From contig CAWIGG010000004.1 of the NCBI GenBank assembly GCA_963835575.1, positions 256,001 to 320,000 on the forward strand: a DNA stretch of 64,000 nt. The letters run 5' to 3'. The notes below the pieces were generated by a model. It made no database searches, had not been told where the DNA came from, and saw only the letters and a program-made list of their open reading frames with translations. Source of the DNA: an uncultured Spirochaetota bacterium. GTDB taxonomy: Bacteria; Spirochaetota; Brevinematia; Brevinematales; JAOACQ01. Positions 58,001-64,000 of the stretch are shown here, piece after piece (position 1 is the first letter of the stretch; each line of letters starts with the position of its first letter). The translations under genes and the position numbers were made by a program.

Positions 58001-60694
58001 GTGACCAAAGCCAAAATACTTATAGTAGAAGATGAAGTCATTGTTTCAAAAGACCTGGAATCAAAACTGAATAAACTTGGTTATGACGTGGCCGGCAGCG
58101 CATCCACCGGAAAGGATGCCGTGGCAAAGACAAAAATAATAAACCCGGATATTATTCTGATGGATATAGCCCTGAAGGGCTCCATGAACGGTATTGAGGC
58201 CTCAAAAACCATCAGGGAACATCATGATATCCCCATTATTTACCTTACCGCGTCATCCGATGAATTGACCATTCAAAAGGCCGAAAAAGGCAATCCTTTC
58301 GGATATATCATCAAGCCTTATGGGGAAAAGGAGCTGCAGACCAATATTGAAATCGCGCTGTCCCGCTATCAGCTGGAAAAACGGTTAAAAGAGAGCGAAG
58401 GATGGCTCACGGCCACTTTCGACAGCATGGGAGACGCCGTTATAGCCGCCGATAAAAACGGCATCATCAGGAAAATGAATGCCCAGGCTGAAGACCTGAC
58501 CGGATGGAAGAAAGACGCCGCGATCGGGAAAAAAATTACCGAAGTCTTTCAAACCAGGGATGAAAAAACAGGGGAAGACCTTACCAAAAGCCTTTTAAAA
58601 GGAATTGAAGACAGCGCCAGCGAGAAGCTTATCAACACTGAAATACTCATATCCAGAAGCGGCTCAACCATTTATATCGATAAAAGAGCGGCCCCTATCA
58701 AGACCGGGGACGGGAATATTCTGGGCGTTGTAATGATCTTCAGGGATGTCACGGAAAAAAGAAGGCTTCAGCAGCAGATTTTTGATTCGGAAAAAAAGTT
58801 CCGCCATATCTTTGAACAGGCAAATGACGCGATTTTTCTTATGGAAAAAGGCATTTTCAGGGACTGCAACGCAAAAGCCGAAAAAATAGTCGGCCGCAAA
58901 AAAGAAATGATCATCAACAAAAAACTGGGCGATTTGTTTGATTTTATGCAGCTGGAATATCCGCAGGACCCGCCGGCTAAAATTTATGAGGAAATAAAAA
59001 AAGACCTGCAGAAGGGAAATGTAACCAGGGAATTCATTTTAAAAAGAAAAGACGGCAAGGAAATTATTGCCGAAGTCAGTTTCAGTTCTATTGTTATTGA
59101 TAATAAGCTTATGGAACTGATTTTCATCCATGATATCTCCGACAGGAAGAAGCTGGAAAAAGCTTTTCAGGAAAGCGAAAAACAATACCGGCAATTGGTG
59201 GAAATGGCGCAGGAAGGCATCTGGTCCATTAATGCGAATTATGATACTGTTTTTGTCAATCCGCGCATGGCGGAAATCACTGGTTTTACAGTTCTTGAAA
59301 TGATAGGGTCTCATTTTTGTTCTTTTTTTCATCCGGAAGACTCAAAAAAATGCATCAATAATATTGAAAAAGCTAAAAAAAATATGGAAAAGAGCTTTGA
59401 AGAACGGCTTATCCGCAAAGATAAATCACTCATTTATGTCAGGATAACCGTTTCGCCCATATTAAATGAGACAGGCGCATTATCCGGGCACATATTTGTC
59501 GTAACAGATATCACCAACCTCAAAAAAGAGGAAGAGGAGATCCGCAAGCTTTCCTCCGCCATTGAACAAAGCCCTTCATCCATAGTCATAACTGATATAA
59601 AGGGCAATATTGAATATGTTAATCCCCATTTCATAGAACTGACGGGCTACTCAAAGGATGAGCTTCTGGGTAATAACCCAAGGGTACTCAAGACAGACTA
59701 TACGCCCCGGGAAGAATATGTTAAACTCTGGAAAATCATTTCAGAAGGCGGGACCTGGCAGGGCGTTTTCCATAATAAGAAGAAAAACGGCGAGCTTTAT
59801 TGGGAATTGGCCTCAATCTCGCCGATTAAAAACAGCGGCGGTACGATCACTCATTATATCGGCGTAAAAGAAAATATCACTGACAGAAAAAAAGCCGAGG
59901 ACGCCCTTTCAAAAACCCTTATGGAACTTGCCAGGCTTAATGAGAATCTGGACAAAAAGGTGAAAGATGAATTGAATAAAAACAGGGAAAAGGACCAGCT
60001 TCTCATCCAGCAGTCGCGGCAGGCCGCGATGGGCGAGATGATCGGCAATATCGCCCATCAATGGAGACAGCCGATTAACGCCCTCGGCATTGTGATACAG
60101 AATATTGAGCAATCCTTTGTTCATGAAAAACTCACAAAAAAATACCTTGAGAATACCGTCAATAAAGCCATGTCAATTATCCGCCATATGTCCCAGACGA
60201 TCGATGATTTCAGGAATTTTTTTAAGCCTGATAAGGAGAAAGAGGATTTCAGTATAAAGGAAGCAGTTAACAAAACCATCTCATTTATGGAAACCAGCTT
60301 AAGAGAATATAATATTTTAATTATTTTTAAAACTGAAAAAGACATAATCCGTAATGGTTTTCCCAATGAATACTGCCAGGTCATTATGAATATTTTCAGT
60401 AATGTAAAAGACGCTGTTCTCGAAAGGAAAATCCATCAGTCAAATATTGTCATAGAATTAACAGAAAACAACGGGAAATCAATACTGACAATCCGGGATA
60501 ATGCCGGCGGTATTCCTGAAAATATCATAGACAGGGTTTTCGACCCCTATTTTTCCACAAAGGAGCATGGTTCCGGCATCGGCCTTTATATGTCCAAGGT
60601 CATTATAGAAAAAAATATGGGCGGAAAACTTACTGCCGGGAATATTGGGAAAAAGCCCGATTCGACCGGAGCGGAATTTAAAATAGAACTTTAA
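58001..60694 (+). CDS. Cytoplasmic hybrid sensor: REC-4xPAS-histidine kinase
   Basis: REC (VEDE, MDI, LTA, KP); four PAS/PAC repeats; H-box IAHQWRQP; DNAGG, FDPYFSTK, GSGIGL. Confidence 0.92.
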   Translation: MTKAKILIVEDEVIVSKDLESKLNKLGYDVAGSASTGKDAVAKTKIINPDIILMDIALKGSMNGIEASKTIREHHDIPIIYLTASSDELTIQKAEKGNPFGYIIKPYGEKELQTNIEIALSRYQLEKRLKESEGWLTATFDSMGDAVIAADKNGIIRKMNAQAEDLTGWKKDAAIGKKITEVFQTRDEKTGEDLTKSLLKGIEDSASEKLINTEILISRSGSTIYIDKRAAPIKTGDGNILGVVMIFRDVTEKRRLQQQIFDSEKKFRHIFEQANDAIFLMEKGIFRDCNAKAEKIVGRKKEMIINKKLGDLFDFMQLEYPQDPPAKIYEEIKKDLQKGNVTREFILKRKDGKEIIAEVSFSSIVIDNKLMELIFIHDISDRKKLEKAFQESEKQYRQLVEMAQEGIWSINANYDTVFVNPRMAEITGFTVLEMIGSHFCSFFHPEDSKKCINNIEKAKKNMEKSFEERLIRKDKSLIYVRITVSPILNETGALSGHIFVVTDITNLKKEEEEIRKLSSAIEQSPSSIVITDIKGNIEYVNPHFIELTGYSKDELLGNNPRVLKTDYTPREEYVKLWKIISEGGTWQGVFHNKKKNGELYWELASISPIKNSGGTITHYIGVKENITDRKKAEDALSKTLMELARLNENLDKKVKDELNKNREKDQLLIQQSRQAAMGEMIGNIAHQWRQPINALGIVIQNIEQSFVHEKLTKKYLENTVNKAMSIIRHMSQTIDDFRNFFKPDKEKEDFSIKEAVNKTISFMETSLREYNILIIFKTEKDIIRNGFPNEYCQVIMNIFSNVKDAVLERKIHQSNIVIELTENNGKSILTIRDNAGGIPENIIDRVFDPYFSTKEHGSGIGLYMSKVIIEKNMGGKLTAGNIGKKPDSTGAEFKIEL

Positions 60695-60756
60695 ATGAAA
60701 GAGCTTTAAATTTTCTCAAAATAGGTGTAATATATATCAAAGAACTTTTAATTAAG

Positions 60757-60807
60757 GGCATTCCCAAAAACTACCATGAAAATCAAATTGGTGTTTTTGG
60801 AAATGCC
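60757..60807. repeat. Dispersed palindrome, family P copy 4
   Basis: GGCATTCCCAAAAAC...GTTTTTGGAAATGCC with a 21-nt spacer. Confidence 0.75.
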
Positions 60808-60903
60808 TAAAATCTTATACTTGGAGAATAAGATGTTCTAAATTCCTTAATATTTTGTCGGTTTTTAAAACTACCCTTAAAATTATAAATTTAGGAGGAA
60901 TTC

Positions 60904-61731
60904 GTGATGAATAAATGGTATCTGATATGTTTTTCGCTATTATTCTGCTTTCTTACGCGGGATATTTTTCCTGATGATAAAATGGCATATTCCGTAAGTC
61001 TTTATGTCGGCATTGTAAAATATTCCCAGAACAACGGCTCAAGCTGGAAAAAGGTTTTTCCCGATCTCGCGCTCATCGAACAGGCCCTTCTTAAGACAGG
61101 CCGGAATTCATACTGCGATATTCTCATGCCGAACAGGGGGGTTTTCCGCGTAATGGACAATACCCTCGTTCAGATCAAGGAATTGAAAAAGCAGGTGGAA
61201 GAGATCAAGGTAAAAAAAGGCAGGGCCATGTTCAGCGTTAACAGAAAGCTTGAAAAGGATGAAAGCTTTATGGTTGAAACATCCGTTGCCAACGCGGCAG
61301 TGCGGGGCACAAAGTTTGAAATCGACGCCGACAGCACGGACCTCGATGTTTCCGTTGCCGAAGGCACGGTCAGCATAACAAGGAATGTCAATATCCCGGA
61401 TGAATACAAAGACGATGAACAGGTCCAGAGCCTCCTGACGGTGGATGCCGCGTCAAACCAGACAATCAAGCTGACAATGGAAGAAAATAAGGAACTGGAA
61501 GACCACATCAACAGGGTGAAAAATAATAAGGATGAAGTACTGAAAGCGCTTCAGGATTCACATGACGCCACGGCGAAAAAGCTCCAGATCATGAAGCGGA
61601 ACATCAACCGCGTCTTTGACGAGCTTGAAAAATCTGACGAAAAACAGAATACGGATTTGAATAATAACAATAATAATGATGATGATGAAACGCAGAACAC
61701 AATAGATAAAGTCAAAAAGCACGAAAAGTAA
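60904..61731 (+). CDS. Secreted FecR-domain protein (LipL45-like)
   Basis: Signal peptide; LKTGRNS, VET..ANAAVRGTKF, VSVAEGTV; coiled-coil tail. AGGAGG RBS; the start may be ATG 60907. Confidence 0.8.
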   Translation: MMNKWYLICFSLLFCFLTRDIFPDDKMAYSVSLYVGIVKYSQNNGSSWKKVFPDLALIEQALLKTGRNSYCDILMPNRGVFRVMDNTLVQIKELKKQVEEIKVKKGRAMFSVNRKLEKDESFMVETSVANAAVRGTKFEIDADSTDLDVSVAEGTVSITRNVNIPDEYKDDEQVQSLLTVDAASNQTIKLTMEENKELEDHINRVKNNKDEVLKALQDSHDATAKKLQIMKRNINRVFDELEKSDEKQNTDLNNNNNNDDDETQNTIDKVKKHEK

Positions 61732-61747
61732 ACTTATAATAAATAAT

Positions 61748-61816
61748 AAAGGCGCCCCTCACCATTTTGCCCGGCTTAACCGGAGCAGCTGACAAAATGG
61801 TGAGGGGCGCCTTTTT
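61748..61816. terminator. Long bidirectional terminator/hairpin
   Basis: 22-bp perfect stem AAAGGCGCCCCTCACCATTTTG / CAAAATGGTGAGGGGCGCCTTT between convergent genes. Confidence 0.85.
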
Positions 61817-61831
61817 ATTTGTAATATTCAG

Positions 61832-63163
<1,332 letters not shown>

Positions 63164-63172
63164 TTATTTAAT

Positions 63173-63210
63173 ATACCGTAGAGACGCTGCTTGCGGCGTC
63201 TCTACGGTAT
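63173..63210. repeat. GTAG-type REP palindrome
   Basis: ATACCGTAGAGACGC-tgcttgcg-GCGTCTCTACGGTAT, with the GTAG...CTAC signature of RAYT-associated REPs. Confidence 0.7.
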
Positions 63211-63280
63211 GAATTGATATCCATATATGATACCGATAATTATCAGAAAAGTCAAAAGATGCGGGTATTTCCGCTATCTT

Positions 63281-63472
63281 TTAAGCGGTTGTTCTCATCC
63301 CCGCCTTGAACTGCCCCAGTACCGCGATGTCCAGATATCCGCCGCTACGCCAGGCGAAATTCATGACGCTATCCAGCGGTTTTCTCAGAGCGTCCAGGCC
63401 GAACTTTTTACAGGCTGATTGAATATCATTTAAAATTTCACCGGCTTTCTTGACAATATTTCTCAAAACCAT
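63281..63472 (-). pseudogene. Truncated dynamin-family GTPase (N-terminal 63 aa only)
   Basis: The ATG overlaps the usp stop (TGATG). The protein ends ...YLDIAVLGQFKAG-MRTTA*, breaking inside the P-loop (expected GQFKAGKS). Confidence 0.65.
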
Positions 63473-63888
63473 CACTTTATAACCATAACGGAACAGGGCG
63501 CGAGTCTCACAAGACTCTGGCATGTGCTTCCCATTACCCGGTCATAAAGCGCGGAATGCCCCATTGAACCGATGACAAGCAGATCATACCCATGTTTTTT
63601 AATAAACTCGATTATCGTTTTCACTTCATGCCCGATAATCACATGCGTGTGTATTTTTACCCCATGGGCTTTAGCCATCTCCTTAGCTTTCCTGATCGCG
63701 CTTCCATATTTTCCGTCCTCCGCTTTTTTTTCTTCCACAATTTCGCCGATCGTATCCGAAAAATTGGGTATTTCCTCAACCGACACGGTCTCGATTTCAG
63801 AGCCGAAGCTCTTTGCCAGATTAACCGCTTCATTTAAAGCCTTGATGGAACCGGCAGAACCGTCCACTCCCACCAGTATTTTCTTCAT
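63472..63888 (-). CDS. Universal stress protein (UspA family)
   Basis: KKILVGVDGS, DLLVIGSMG, VMGST, APCSVMVIK; AGGAGG RBS. Confidence 0.92.
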   Translation of the reverse strand: MKKILVGVDGSAGSIKALNEAVNLAKSFGSEIETVSVEEIPNFSDTIGEIVEEKKAEDGKYGSAIRKAKEMAKAHGVKIHTHVIIGHEVKTIIEFIKKHGYDLLVIGSMGHSALYDRVMGSTCQSLVRLAPCSVMVIK

Positions 63889-63909
63889 AGACTGCCTCCT
63901 TCCTTTTCC

Positions 63910-64000
63910 TTATTCTTTTTCATTCCGCCCGCGCTTAAAAGCCTGCCCCAGGCGTTCATAACACTTGTTTCAGGCTGAAAGAACTGCTGTGCTATCAGCG
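63910..64000 (-). CDS. 3' end of a gene, probably a cation:proton antiporter
   Basis: Reads ...LIAQQFFQPENKCYERLGQAFKRGRNEKE*. Resembles the last helix of CPA antiporters that precede usp genes; only 29 codons are visible. Confidence 0.45.

Noticed and set aside
61660..61690. AAT/GAT trinucleotide run
   Set aside because: In-frame low-complexity Asn/Asp tail of the FecR-domain protein, with no switching potential.

Overview
64 kb of bacterial chromosome, most consistent with a spirochaete. The taxonomy is inferred from the 903-aa GreA, the FlhB N-terminal DLQLFAAEDEGRTE, the JAB-DinG fusion and the flagellar export cluster. Most of the window is housekeeping: rpsF-ssb-rpsR-(membrane)-rplI-dnaB-mlaEFD, purD, greA, metG, rny, fliPQR-flhBAFG, dinG, ftsK and eno, plus a sugar ABC importer and signalling genes. 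Accessory content: (i) an intact IS1380-family element with 20-bp terminal IRs; (ii) a small surface-polysaccharide cluster whose last glycosyltransferase is frameshifted in an A8 tract right after its start codon; (iii) two pseudogenes, a double-CBM lipoprotein and a dynamin fragment cut inside its P-loop; (iv) a likely catalytically dead HemL-like protein; (v) several families of dispersed palindromic or short-period repeats. The most unusual locus lies between dinG and ftsK. There a very AT-rich Hanks-type Ser/Thr kinase, resembling antiphage Stk2, sits between two ~95-bp imperfect inverted repeats built on 9-10-nt GGAT/AGAT periodic units, with no transposase or integrase nearby. An apparently empty related element lies at 13.5 kb. 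No CRISPR array, rRNA or tRNA was recognised. All family calls come from motif recognition by eye, with no database searches.
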